From Candidatus Dojkabacteria bacterium (GTDB lineage: Bacteria > Patescibacteriota > Dojkabacteria > SC72), in assembly GCA_012513575.1 (NCBI GenBank), contig JAAZBX010000002.1:104574-168573 (forward strand): a DNA stretch of 64,000 nt, given 5' to 3'. A program made the position numbers and the translations under genes. The notes beneath the pieces were generated by a model. It saw only the letters and a program-made list of their open reading frames with translations. It searched no databases and was not told where the DNA came from. Within the stretch, counting starts at the first letter, position 1. Each line of letters opens with the position of its first letter. This document shows, in pieces, positions 28,575-39,164 of this stretch.

Positions 28575-31481
28575 TTATAAACTGATTTTGCTTATTTCTT
28601 TCATAATCCTATCCGTCTCCTTCAATGCCACTATTATTTTTTGATAATGCTCTATATCCTCATTAGTTAATACCCTTCTTTTTCTATCCTTTAACCATTT
28701 CTGTGCAGGTTGATAACCACCAATATAAAAGTTCCAAACTACTTCAGGAACATTACCAAAGTATTGAGTATCATTAATATATGTATTCCCATCTTTGTAT
28801 ACTACTTTTTCTACCGTATCTGTCCCATCAATAGGGTATGTAGTTATATATTTATTTATCTTTGGTGATTCCATTAGGTGTAGTTCTCTTAATTCTGTAC
28901 CTATCTTTACTAATTTTTTAAATGATTCTTTATCTTTAGGATATGGTACTCTAGGGAAATCTATCTTTAAGAATTCTTTGTATTTTTCTCTATATGTAGG
29001 ACTATGTAATACTGCATATATATAATCAAAGATATCTTCTGGTGTAGTTTTACCTACTATTTCTTCTATTTTAGATACTATCTCAGGGTTTAGGTTAGGG
29101 GTTTTGGTCCCATCATCAAAGTAGAGGTATAGAGGACAACTGTATGTGTGGTTAGTAATCAAATCGCGGTTTACCAAATACCTTGATGCTAAGACTTCAA
29201 CACCATTTAATTTTGATTGCTTTACAATATTTATACCTAGGTTATTTCCCAAAATATAATTTCTCATTAACTTAAGCCTTGCTCGCTGTATTGTATTCGT
29301 ATCATAATAAACATATCTATCATCAAATGGGCGATAATGGATTTTTTTTAATTTTTCTCGCATGGACAAATCCAGATCTTTTGGTAAGAACCCAATATAT
29401 TTCTCATCTTTTCCTGTTGCTAGTCCCATATTATGAAGCGGAAACAAATCTATTATTTTGAAATAATTGTTATATTTATTTATGGAGCTAAAGTTCTTTG
29501 GTGCAAAGAAATAGTATGGTACCTCACAATCTAATATCTTCCAATCAGTCTTTTTCTTATTAAGATACTCAAACTTCTTTTCTCTCGAACCATATAAATC
29601 CATGTGATGTAATTTCCCCAATACTTTTTTTTCTTTGTTTTTCCTTACAAAAATATTAATACTCACACCCTGCATAATATTGAATACATTCTCATCCTTA
29701 CTACCATCAGGAGATACTTCTTTCTTCTTAGAATTCCCGTGTAAATCTAAAACATATATATCATCAAAGGTCTCTAACAAATGCTTTCTCATCTGACGAT
29801 GGATAATCCCATCTATGAAGGAATTATTAGTAATCATTGCAACGACTCCGCTTCCATTTTTTTCAACATAAGACTCTGCGAATCTTATAAATTTAATATA
29901 GTCATCAGAAAGAGGTTGAATATTTTTCTCGTCCAAATTTTGCTTGTATATCTTTATTAGGTTTGTAATCCATTCTCCTTTATTGGACGAGCTAACACTA
30001 TACGGAGGATTTCCTAACACAACCATAATAGGAGTGTCTTTCTTAATCTTTTCTGCTTCCTTAGATTCTTCTGTAATACTTGATGCAAAACCAAAAGAAA
30101 ATAGATCTTCCTGTTTAATCCCTTCTTCTAATGCATTAGTTAAATATATTCCCAATCTCTTGTTGAAATGTATAAACCCTGTCTTTTTAAAAGCAATACT
30201 AAGTTTAAGATGGGCAATGGTATATGGAGCCATCATAAGTTCAAAAGCGTGAATACGAGGTAAAAGATCATGATGAACATATGAAGGCCATCTACCTTTT
30301 TGACCTGAATCTAGAATCTTTTTATATATGAGGTTTATCACGGCACTAATGAAAGTACCTGTACCAGTAGCAGGATCTAATACTTGGACGATATGTTTCC
30401 CATCTGCAGATTTAGAAGTATCGGCTAAACCATTTGGAAGATTGAAATCTTTCTTAAGAATAGTGTCTACTGAATTTACAATGAAGTTTACAACTGGGAG
30501 GGGAGTGTAGTAAGCGCCCATTCTTTTTCTTAATTCAGGGTCATATTCTTGCAAAAAATCTTCATAGAAATGAATAATTGGATCTTTCCCTTCTTTCTTT
30601 TCAAAATACTCTTCTAATAAATATTTTACATCAGCATGTGAGAAAACTTCACATAATTCATTGACGATATATTCTAACCTTTTATCAAAATCCGGCCCTA
30701 CTATATGATCAAAAAAATGTCTTAGAAGTGGATTAGACTGTGGTATTAAATCTCTTGCTTCTTGTCTTGTAAAACTTTCTGGTGATTCGTCATTGTATCT
30801 TGCTGCAAATAGCCCATATACCAATGTTTGCGCATACATATCTGCGAAGGAATCTATTGAAAGATCACTAACAAGTAATTTCTTAAGCATTTCATATACT
30901 TTTGCTATCTCTGTACCCTCTTTAAGATATTCTTTTACATTGTCTCTAATTCTTTGTGCTTTTCCTGCCATTATCTTCGAGAGGTGCGCACCAGACTTTA
31001 TAGGTTCTTTGTATGATTCTATAAATTCTATTAATGTTTGTGCAACATGCTCAAAATTTGAAGGTATTGCTGAGATCGTTCTATGCTTTTTGTCATTCTC
31101 TGCGATCTTTATTGGATCTTGATATCTAATACCATTTCTGTAGAATCTGAACTCGATATAATCAGTTAGTACAAGGTTCGCATAACCATAATATCTACGC
31201 ATTTGGTCAGAATTTTCTATCTTGTCTAATGAAACACCAATATCTTTTGCTTCTATGTAAAGAATTGGTATTTCACCGTTAAAAAGAACGAAATCTGGTT
31301 TGTTCCCATCAATAGCTTTCGCGTCATGATCAATTCTTTTGTTGAATTTTTTTACTTTTACATTATCAAAAACCTTGTTGAGAAGTATTTCAAAGTCAGT
31401 TCTATACCCATATTCGGAAGTTTCCTCATGGGAATATTTCTTGGAAATAGCTGAAAGGTATTCGTTAAAGATTTGTTCCAT
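28575..31481 (-). CDS. Type IIL/IIG restriction-modification enzyme, MmeI-like (fused PD-(D/E)xK endonuclease and N6-adenine methyltransferase)
   Basis: The N-terminal nuclease has a D...EAK motif (KPDFVLF...YIEAKD). The methyltransferase has motif I (VLDPATGTGTF) and motif IV (LGNPPY). The length, 968 aa, matches the MmeI family. Confidence 0.75.
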   Translation of the reverse strand: MEQIFNEYLSAISKKYSHEETSEYGYRTDFEILLNKVFDNVKVKKFNKRIDHDAKAIDGNKPDFVLFNGEIPILYIEAKDIGVSLDKIENSDQMRRYYGYANLVLTDYIEFRFYRNGIRYQDPIKIAENDKKHRTISAIPSNFEHVAQTLIEFIESYKEPIKSGAHLSKIMAGKAQRIRDNVKEYLKEGTEIAKVYEMLKKLLVSDLSIDSFADMYAQTLVYGLFAARYNDESPESFTRQEARDLIPQSNPLLRHFFDHIVGPDFDKRLEYIVNELCEVFSHADVKYLLEEYFEKKEGKDPIIHFYEDFLQEYDPELRKRMGAYYTPLPVVNFIVNSVDTILKKDFNLPNGLADTSKSADGKHIVQVLDPATGTGTFISAVINLIYKKILDSGQKGRWPSYVHHDLLPRIHAFELMMAPYTIAHLKLSIAFKKTGFIHFNKRLGIYLTNALEEGIKQEDLFSFGFASSITEESKEAEKIKKDTPIMVVLGNPPYSVSSSNKGEWITNLIKIYKQNLDEKNIQPLSDDYIKFIRFAESYVEKNGSGVVAMITNNSFIDGIIHRQMRKHLLETFDDIYVLDLHGNSKKKEVSPDGSKDENVFNIMQGVSINIFVRKNKEKKVLGKLHHMDLYGSREKKFEYLNKKKTDWKILDCEVPYYFFAPKNFSSINKYNNYFKIIDLFPLHNMGLATGKDEKYIGFLPKDLDLSMREKLKKIHYRPFDDRYVYYDTNTIQRARLKLMRNYILGNNLGINIVKQSKLNGVEVLASRYLVNRDLITNHTYSCPLYLYFDDGTKTPNLNPEIVSKIEEIVGKTTPEDIFDYIYAVLHSPTYREKYKEFLKIDFPRVPYPKDKESFKKLVKIGTELRELHLMESPKINKYITTYPIDGTDTVEKVVYKDGNTYINDTQYFGNVPEVVWNFYIGGYQPAQKWLKDRKRRVLTNEDIEHYQKIIVALKETDRIMKEISKISL

Positions 31482-31581
31482 ATGCTAGTAATGGTTTATT
31501 TAATTCCTGAATTCAACAAATTATACAATGCTAGCTATAAAAACGATAGGACAGTTATATAATATATGTATGTTAGCAATA

Positions 31582-33318
31582 CTACCAACTTCCACCTCCA
31601 CCTCCTCCTCCACCTCCACCACTTGAGCCACCACTAAAACCACTCCCTCCACTACTAAAACTGCCACCTGAATCAACAGGAGTTGCTATTGTGGAACTAA
31701 TATTCGATACAGAGTTCAAAAGTACCATACTATTAAATGTAGACATATCTCCTGTGTACCAATCTGGAGGGGTAGTGTAGAGGTCTTTAAACTCATTCAT
31801 CCACTTCTTCTCTAAACCAAATAATATGGCATAAGGAAGGAGAGACTCGAAAACACCTCTAAACTTATCTGGATCATTGTGAAATTCAATCCTATGCTTC
31901 TCTGCTGTATTTATATACATCTTAAGACCCAGAAGTTCATAGTAAGCATCATTCCCTTTCTCTGATCTAAAATCCCAGAAAACGGAGATAATAAAAATCG
32001 AGATACCGGTAACAAATAAAGATAATGCAGCAAAAATTGAACCATTAACAAGCATTAATGCAAGGGCCACAGGAGCACCACCTAATGATAAGATACCTAA
32101 AAACGCCAATAATAATCCTTTTTTAGTCTTCTTCTCATCTACAAACCCATTATTTACAGCATCTAATCGTGTTTGCTCCCAAATCGTAGGACCATAGCCA
32201 TATAGATTAGACGTTTTACTCTTTGTACTAATTTCATCTAAAGAACCAAACAACAAATCAAAAAGCTTTTCAGATGAAGGATGGGGAATTATTGGTTCAA
32301 GAATAGTCTTACGCAAAATATACTCTTTCCTTTTCTTTTGCTCTATATCAATAAATCTCTGAATAGCTAAATAGATAATCTCTGCAGTGATATATTTACT
32401 TCTAAGTCGTCCTTTCGATAGTAAATAACTGGCTACAAGTGGATTTAAACCTTTCGGAGGGGTAAAAGATGGTGCTACAGTTTTTTTACGGCTTTTGAGC
32501 TTAGAACCAAATAGGTAGAAGAGAGGAATAAGAAGAAGCGAAGATGAATACAGTATATTATTTCTTTTAATATTTTCATTCTCTTTTTCTAGGACATCAA
32601 CAATAGAACCCTTTGGCATTGATACGGCTATTGTAATAGCCTCATTTTCTCTTAGTGGTGCGGTATTGGTTAATAGAAGAGAGGTGTCGGACTCTTTTGT
32701 AATTTGGCAATTAGTACCTGTAGAGCCATAAACTCCGGTATAGCAAACTGTATCCTGAATTACTCCTGGAACATTTATCTTTGCCTCGACGCTGTTAATT
32801 GGAACTGTCCATCCAGTACCAATTATGTTCCAATACAGTTCGTCATGGTCTTCAAAATAGTTTATTCCGTTTTTCACGGTATAGTCGATCTCATAAATAT
32901 AAAGACCAGTAATTGTCCTATCTGCATCTCCAATTCTTAAAACGACTTCATCGTTAAGATTTACCTCTTTAGAATATGAATTGCCAATACTAGCAGGGCT
33001 ATCGCTAGGGTAATACAAGATTGAGTTTATTTTGATGCTAGTAGGTGTTTTGAGACGGTTCCCTTCACTTCTTTTGTTAATAGGGACATTTCTATATATT
33101 CCATGCTTTGGGGTTGAGAAGTAGTAGTGAATCCTCTCTTTTATCCTAATATCTGAATTTGTTTGAAGAGATAAACTGATTTCAAACTTCTCAACTACCT
33201 CAGGCTTATATACAGAGGGGGAGTTAGTAATCTGAGGATTTTGCCCATATGCTAAGGAGGGTATGAATAAACCTACAGAAAAAATAATACCTAAAAATAT
33301 TAGCAGTATTTTCTTCAT
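31582..33318 (-). CDS. DUF2207-family membrane protein with a C-terminal Gly/Ser-rich tail
   Basis: It has a signal peptide, a beta-rich ectodomain, TM helices, and ends ...GGSGFSGGSSGGGGGGGGGGSW. It is paired with LemA. Confidence 0.6.
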   Translation of the reverse strand: MKKILLIFLGIIFSVGLFIPSLAYGQNPQITNSPSVYKPEVVEKFEISLSLQTNSDIRIKERIHYYFSTPKHGIYRNVPINKRSEGNRLKTPTSIKINSILYYPSDSPASIGNSYSKEVNLNDEVVLRIGDADRTITGLYIYEIDYTVKNGINYFEDHDELYWNIIGTGWTVPINSVEAKINVPGVIQDTVCYTGVYGSTGTNCQITKESDTSLLLTNTAPLRENEAITIAVSMPKGSIVDVLEKENENIKRNNILYSSSLLLIPLFYLFGSKLKSRKKTVAPSFTPPKGLNPLVASYLLSKGRLRSKYITAEIIYLAIQRFIDIEQKKRKEYILRKTILEPIIPHPSSEKLFDLLFGSLDEISTKSKTSNLYGYGPTIWEQTRLDAVNNGFVDEKKTKKGLLLAFLGILSLGGAPVALALMLVNGSIFAALSLFVTGISIFIISVFWDFRSEKGNDAYYELLGLKMYINTAEKHRIEFHNDPDKFRGVFESLLPYAILFGLEKKWMNEFKDLYTTPPDWYTGDMSTFNSMVLLNSVSNISSTIATPVDSGGSFSSGGSGFSGGSSGGGGGGGGGGSW

Positions 33319-33325
33319 TCCGTAT

Positions 33326-33871
33326 TTAGAATTTTACCTCAACATTCTTCTGTTCCTCTTGGGACGCTTCAAAGAAATCTACTTTCTTGTATCCGAAGAG
33401 CTGAGCAATTAGATTGGTTGGGAATACAACAAGGGATGTATTGAAATCTCTTGCAGCACCATTGTAGTACCTTCTGGATTTCTGAATTCCTTCTTCAAGC
33501 TCTTTTAAGGTTGTTTGAAGTTGAATGAAATTGGTATTGGCTTTTAAGTCTGGATAGTTTTCTGCAACAGCAAAGATTTTTGAGATAGCACTGGTTAGTC
33601 CCTCTTCTAGTTTCATTTTCTCAGGGAGAGTACCTGCAGACATTGCTTTTGTCCTCATTTCAGTAACCATTGCTAACGTAGCACTTTCATGTTTTGCATA
33701 TCCTTTAACCATCTCAACAAGGTTTGGTATCATGTCGTATCTTTGTTTGAGAAACGTTTCAATATCTGAGGAAGCCTCTTCTACCATAACCTTTAATTTC
33801 GCAAGTTTATTGTAGATTCCAATAAAGGCGAGAAATAGAACAGCAACCACACCTAAGATTCCGTATAACAT
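33326..33871 (-). CDS. lemA: LemA family protein
   Basis: It has an N-terminal TM helix and the LemA signature (KLKVMVEEASSDIE...YYNGAARDFNTSLVVFP). Confidence 0.85.
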   Translation of the reverse strand: MLYGILGVVAVLFLAFIGIYNKLAKLKVMVEEASSDIETFLKQRYDMIPNLVEMVKGYAKHESATLAMVTEMRTKAMSAGTLPEKMKLEEGLTSAISKIFAVAENYPDLKANTNFIQLQTTLKELEEGIQKSRRYYNGAARDFNTSLVVFPTNLIAQLFGYKKVDFFEASQEEQKNVEVKF

Positions 33872-34157
33872 GTTAAGTAAGAATAAAATTAATACTTGAT
33901 TGTAAGAATAATTACCTCAGCTGTCAACAAATTCCACATCTGTTTCTACCTAAGATATTTCTTTAGTTTGTTGTACTGACCCTTAGTTAGAAATATCCTA
34001 TGTACATCTTTATCATCCGTGTCTCCGGTGAGAGTAGCAGTATCCGATATCCCCCAATTAACAATTTTCATAGTTACTATATTTATATCTATGAAAAAAT
34101 ATTCACTATCTTTATTCATAGTTAATTAAATATATATCAAATTATTTTTAATTGGAA

Positions 34158-34251
<94 letters not shown>

Positions 34252-34303
34252 ATAAACAGTTTCCAATTATACTTCATTCAATTAATATATGCTAGAATAG
34301 TAT

Positions 34304-35173
34304 ATGTACCTAGGTATTCATGTATCATCATCAGGTGGTATACAAAACTCAATAACTAATGGTGAGAAGTATGGAGTAAATAGTATCCAAATTATGCCAA
34401 CCGCACCCATGAGGTGGGCAACAAAACTAATCACTGATGAACAGATTGATATATTTCTAGATACTTTAGAGAAATCTAGTATAAAGAAGATATTGATACA
34501 TGGAATATACCTAACTAACCTTGCAAGAGAAGACAAACAGCTATTTCATCTTGGGAAAATGGGATTGGTAGTATATTTAGATTTTGCTGAAAAAGTAGCT
34601 AAGGGTATACGGGAAAGAAAAATTGATAGCGAAATACTTGGTGTATGTTTTCACCCTGGTTCTCAAAAAGAACTCTCCTATGAAGATAGTCTAGAAAGAA
34701 TCTCTTACGGAATGCAGTGGGTATTAGATGAGGTAAAGGGAAGTCAGAAACTACTAATTGAAACTACAGCAGGAACAGGTGGAAATCTAGGTAGAAATTT
34801 TACAGAATTAAGGTTGATGAGAGAAGGAGTCAAGGACAAACAGAGAATTGGTTTTGTAATGGATACTGAACATACATATGCATCTGGTTATGATTGGGTG
34901 AATAATTTTGATGGCGTAGTAGAGGATATGGATAGGGAGCTGGGTATACGAAATGTTAAAGCAATACACCTTAATGATTCTATGGTTGAGTGTGGGAGCA
35001 ACAAGGATAGACATGCAAATTTAGGAGAGGGAAAGCTAGGGGAGAATACAATTTCAAAAATATTGCACTATAAGAGATTTAAGGACACACCTTTTATACT
35101 CGAGACCCCAGCACTTAAAGGAGATGCTACAATCCCAGATGAGGTAAAGATGCTTATGAAATTAGCAAAATAA
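34304..35173 (+). CDS. nfo: Endonuclease IV (AP endonuclease, TIM barrel)
   Basis: The conserved metal-binding blocks are HGIYLTNLA, LIETTAGTGGNLG, DTEHTYASGYD and HLNDSMVECGSNKDRHANLGEG. Confidence 0.85.
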   Translation: MYLGIHVSSSGGIQNSITNGEKYGVNSIQIMPTAPMRWATKLITDEQIDIFLDTLEKSSIKKILIHGIYLTNLAREDKQLFHLGKMGLVVYLDFAEKVAKGIRERKIDSEILGVCFHPGSQKELSYEDSLERISYGMQWVLDEVKGSQKLLIETTAGTGGNLGRNFTELRLMREGVKDKQRIGFVMDTEHTYASGYDWVNNFDGVVEDMDRELGIRNVKAIHLNDSMVECGSNKDRHANLGEGKLGENTISKILHYKRFKDTPFILETPALKGDATIPDEVKMLMKLAK

Positions 35174-35327
35174 TTTTAATATGAAAATATATGAAAGAAA
35201 AAGATAGAAAAAAGATACTAAAATTTCTTGAAATACTACCCAATCCTAAGGTCTTATCCCTAATTGCAATTACGATAATCTTGGGGGTCATATTTTACAT
35301 CTTAATCTTATCCTCTCTAACAAAGTA

Positions 35328-38300
35328 ATGGGACAAGTAAACCTAAACGAAAAGCAGAAACAAGCAGTAGAATTCAATAAAGGAGATTTACTGATAATTG
35401 CAGGAGCAGGAACGGGAAAAACATCTGTAATAACCGAAAGAATCATACATATCATTAATAGTGGATGGGCAAAACCCTCAGAAATTCTTGCATTAACCTT
35501 TACCGAAAAAGCAGCACAGGAAATGCAAACAAGGATTGATGAAAGAATGGAATACGGATATGACGAACCGTACATATCTACATTTCATTCCTTCTGTGAC
35601 CATATCCTTAGGAATGAGGGATACAACATAGGTCTTGATGGGAGCTACTCACTACTTAGCACCGCTCAAGCATACATTTTTTTAAGAAAACACCTTTATG
35701 ATATGCCATTTAAAACCCTTCTTCCAAAGGGAAATCCTACGAAATTTCTAAATGATTTCCTTAAACATGTAAGCCGACTTCAAGATGAGGACGTATCACC
35801 TGAAGAGTATGAAAAGTATGCAAAATCTCTTCCTAAATCAACTGACGATTTGAAGGAGGAATATACAAGGGTAAATGAGTTAGCACAGGGGTACAAAAAG
35901 TATTCAGAGTTAAAAATTGCGGAATCAAAGGTCGATTTCGGAGATTTAATACTACTTACGATAAAGCTCTTTAGAGAAAAGCCAAATATTCTCGCTAAAT
36001 ATCGAAACAAATACAAATATATACTTGTAGATGAGTTCCAGGATACAAACTACACACAAAATGTTTTAGTAAATATTCTTAAAGGAGATGGAAAGACTCC
36101 ATTTCTAACCGTAGTGGGGGATGACGATCAGGCCATATACAAATTTAGAGGTGCTGCAATCTCAAATATACTTCAATTCAAGGAAAGATATCCAAAAGCA
36201 TTTGAGATTGTATTAACTGAAAACTATCGTTCAAAACAGGAGATACTTGATTCTGCACATACTTTAATCCGACATAATGACCCAAATCGTCTTGAAGTTA
36301 CCGAGAGGATAGACAAAAGCCTTGTTGCACGAGGAGTATTTGAAGACGATAGAAACTCTGTCCAACTAATGGTCTCTCAATATGAGTCAATTGAAGCAGA
36401 GAGGGTAGCTGAGGAAATTATGAAATTAACAGGGTATGGAGAGTTGGTAAAATTAAGGGAAGATAGAGACAGTCAAACATTTGACGAGAAAGGTCAATCA
36501 ACATTTTTAGATAGTCAAACTCCTGGAAAAGATGCAAAATACAAATTCTCAGATATCGCTATCCTTGTAAGAGCTAATTCAAATGCTGATATATTTGTTC
36601 AGGAATTTAGGAATAGAGGTATAAGGTACAAGCTGGGGGGCTCAAGAGGTTTGTATTTCAGAGAAGAGATAAAGAATTTGATTGCTTTTCTTAGAGTGCT
36701 TACGGATTTTACGGATGAAGTGTCAATGTACAAACTTCTTACCATGGGTATTTGGAACTTCTCTCCAAGGGAGTATATGGAATTAATACAATTAGCAAGA
36801 ATGGAGAAGTTAACACTTCTTGAACTCCTCGAGGCAGAGTGGAAGATAAAGATAGGGGAAGAGAGTTTTAGTGAGGGAGATTTTAAGGAAATTGATAGCA
36901 AGATAATGGATAAAATACTTTCTCCTCAAGCTATTGCAGGAGTAAGTACTCTCCTTATGCTTCTTGATACAAGCATGAAAAAGATTAAAGAGGGTAGGTC
37001 TCTCGTAGAAATACTTTATGATTTTGTCATGAACAGTAGATATGTGGGAGAATTTCTAGACAAGGAGACACCAGAGAGTATCTTTGCGATTTCAAATATT
37101 AACAAGTTCTTCGAATTAGTAAAAAACTATGAAAAGGACAATCCTGATTCCAATATCTATGAATATGTAGATTACCTTAATTACAGTATTCAAATTGGAG
37201 AATCACCTTTAGTCGATTCTGTTGATATGGATGAGTTAAATGCTGTTAACATTATGACAGTACATTCAGCTAAAGGTTTGGAGTTTCCAGTTGTATTTTT
37301 AGTAAATCTTGTATCAGAGAGGTTTCCTACAAAAGCAAGGGGAGATGCTTTGCCCATACCGGATGAATTAATTAAAGAAACAGGGATTGAAAACCTTGAT
37401 GAAAAAGAGGCAAATATTCAGGAGGAGAGAAGACTCTTCTATGTTGGAGCGACAAGAGCAAAAGAGAAATTGTATCTTACCGCCTCTAATTTCTATGGAG
37501 ATGCAAAGAGAAAGAAAAAACCAAGTATTTTTCTCCATGAAATTCTTGATAGAAGTGTAGATGAAGATTTCAAAGAGAAGGTGCAAGTTAATGATTTTAC
37601 TGATGATATAATACATTTAACTTCTATTGAAGGTTTGGATCAATCAATAATCCCATCCAAAGACATAATGAATATAGTAAAAAGATTTAGTTACTCTCAA
37701 CTTAATGTGTATGAGAGCTGTCCTAGGAAGTATGAATATGCATATGTTTTACGTATTCCAACAAAAGGAAATGCTTCAACAGCTTTTGGAACTACAATTC
37801 ACAATACACTTAAGGATTTCTATACTCTTCTTCAAAGGTCTAAGGAGAGTTTAGGTGGAATTGTGCAAGCCCCAACGAAAGACGATCTGCTCGCATTGTA
37901 TGGGAAGAACTGGGTAAGAAGCGGCTATGAGAGTAAGAAACAGGAGGAGATTAGAAAAAAAGAGGGGAGAAAGATAATGGGGCAGTATTTTGATAAGGTG
38001 TTCTCTCTTGAAGAGAGCCCTTTACGATTAGAGGAGTCATTCAGTGTTCATTTCGCAGATGTAGTATTCAGTGGGAAGATTGACAGGATAGATTTGATTA
38101 AATCGGGCGAAGGTATCCAAGAGGTTTGTATCGTGGATTACAAAACCGGCTCAGAGAAGAGTGCAAGTGACATTAAGAAGGATTTACAGTTACCTCTTTA
38201 TGCTTTGGTAGCGGAAGAGAAATTTGGCTTGAAAGTAGTTGGTGCCAAATATGTATTTGTAGAAACAGGCAACTGTGTCGATGTAAATGTATCTCAGGAC

Positions 38301-38432
38301 AGAAGGGAAGAGGCAAAAGAAAAATTGATTGAATCACTTGAGAGTGTTAAGAAGGGAAATTTCAAAGCAACACCTGGGTTTGTATGCAGATTCTGTGATT
38401 TTAACTCTATTTGTGAGTACGCCGATTTATAG
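35328..38432 (+). CDS. UvrD/PcrA-family helicase fused to a C-terminal RecB/Cas4-like PD-(D/E)xK nuclease with a 4-Cys cluster
   Basis: Helicase motif I is AGAGTGKTS, and there are DEFQD and later helicase motifs. The C-terminus has GKIDRIDLI, IVDYKTG, QLPLY, and cysteines (ESCPRKY...CRFCDFNSIC). Confidence 0.8.
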   Translation: MGQVNLNEKQKQAVEFNKGDLLIIAGAGTGKTSVITERIIHIINSGWAKPSEILALTFTEKAAQEMQTRIDERMEYGYDEPYISTFHSFCDHILRNEGYNIGLDGSYSLLSTAQAYIFLRKHLYDMPFKTLLPKGNPTKFLNDFLKHVSRLQDEDVSPEEYEKYAKSLPKSTDDLKEEYTRVNELAQGYKKYSELKIAESKVDFGDLILLTIKLFREKPNILAKYRNKYKYILVDEFQDTNYTQNVLVNILKGDGKTPFLTVVGDDDQAIYKFRGAAISNILQFKERYPKAFEIVLTENYRSKQEILDSAHTLIRHNDPNRLEVTERIDKSLVARGVFEDDRNSVQLMVSQYESIEAERVAEEIMKLTGYGELVKLREDRDSQTFDEKGQSTFLDSQTPGKDAKYKFSDIAILVRANSNADIFVQEFRNRGIRYKLGGSRGLYFREEIKNLIAFLRVLTDFTDEVSMYKLLTMGIWNFSPREYMELIQLARMEKLTLLELLEAEWKIKIGEESFSEGDFKEIDSKIMDKILSPQAIAGVSTLLMLLDTSMKKIKEGRSLVEILYDFVMNSRYVGEFLDKETPESIFAISNINKFFELVKNYEKDNPDSNIYEYVDYLNYSIQIGESPLVDSVDMDELNAVNIMTVHSAKGLEFPVVFLVNLVSERFPTKARGDALPIPDELIKETGIENLDEKEANIQEERRLFYVGATRAKEKLYLTASNFYGDAKRKKKPSIFLHEILDRSVDEDFKEKVQVNDFTDDIIHLTSIEGLDQSIIPSKDIMNIVKRFSYSQLNVYESCPRKYEYAYVLRIPTKGNASTAFGTTIHNTLKDFYTLLQRSKESLGGIVQAPTKDDLLALYGKNWVRSGYESKKQEEIRKKEGRKIMGQYFDKVFSLEESPLRLEESFSVHFADVVFSGKIDRIDLIKSGEGIQEVCIVDYKTGSEKSASDIKKDLQLPLYALVAEEKFGLKVVGAKYVFVETGNCVDVNVSQDRREEAKEKLIESLESVKKGNFKATPGFVCRFCDFNSICEYADL

Positions 38433-38441
38433 TATAATGCG

Positions 38442-38789
38442 ATGATGATTAATATTTTTCTTACAATTAATAATTTTTTGGTTCAAAGAGCATATGCGCA
38501 GAGTATAGGGGCAAGCTTAGAAGAGGGTTTGTCTGTTGATTCTGACACCAACGTGGATAGCTTGTTAGAAAGAATTGTGAGGATAGCTGTTCCTGTTGCA
38601 GTTATTTCAGCATTTGTTCTTCTGTCTTATGGGGGATATTTGCTAATCTCAAGTCAAGGGAATCCAGATAAATTGCAGGAAGCAAGATCTATTATTACCA
38701 ATGCAATTATCGGACTTTTAGTTGTTGTCCTTTCAGTAGCTATACTTTTGATAATTAGTGGGACTTTTGATTTAAATATATTTAATTAA
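38442..38789 (+). CDS. Small VirB2/TrbC-like T4SS-pilin-family membrane protein, paralog 1 of 6
   Basis: It has a signal-like N-terminus and a hairpin of two hydrophobic helices joined by the conserved loop YLLISSQGNPDKLQEA...IIGL. Confidence 0.55.
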   Translation: MMINIFLTINNFLVQRAYAQSIGASLEEGLSVDSDTNVDSLLERIVRIAVPVAVISAFVLLSYGGYLLISSQGNPDKLQEARSIITNAIIGLLVVVLSVAILLIISGTFDLNIFN

Positions 38790-38794
38790 AAAAT

Positions 38795-39100
38795 ATGGTA
38801 AACATTTCAAGACTTCTATCAACATTTGGATTGGCCTCACTTGATGGGAATACTGATAATATAGATAGTGTATTAGAAAACAAAATCAAGCCTGGTTTGA
38901 ACTGGATAGTCGCAATGGCAGTGGTTGCTGCTGTGGCTATGATTATTGTCGCAGGGTATAACCTAATCACTTCTAACGGAGATCCCGAAAAGATACAAAA
39001 GGGAACAAAAGGTATAACAGCAGCGATCATTGGTCTGGTAATTGCTTTCTCTGCAAGAATAATCTTAGTGTTTATTTTAGAGAAATTAGGTCTTCAATAG
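38795..39100 (+). CDS. Small VirB2/TrbC-like T4SS-pilin-family membrane protein, paralog 2
   Basis: Its conserved loop is AGYNLITSNGDPEKIQKG...IIGLV. Confidence 0.55.
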   Translation: MVNISRLLSTFGLASLDGNTDNIDSVLENKIKPGLNWIVAMAVVAAVAMIIVAGYNLITSNGDPEKIQKGTKGITAAIIGLVIAFSARIILVFILEKLGLQ

Positions 39101-39164
39101 TATTGTTTTTTAAATTATACTATTGTACTATTTGTTAGGCTTAAATAAATTAATTCATTACTAA

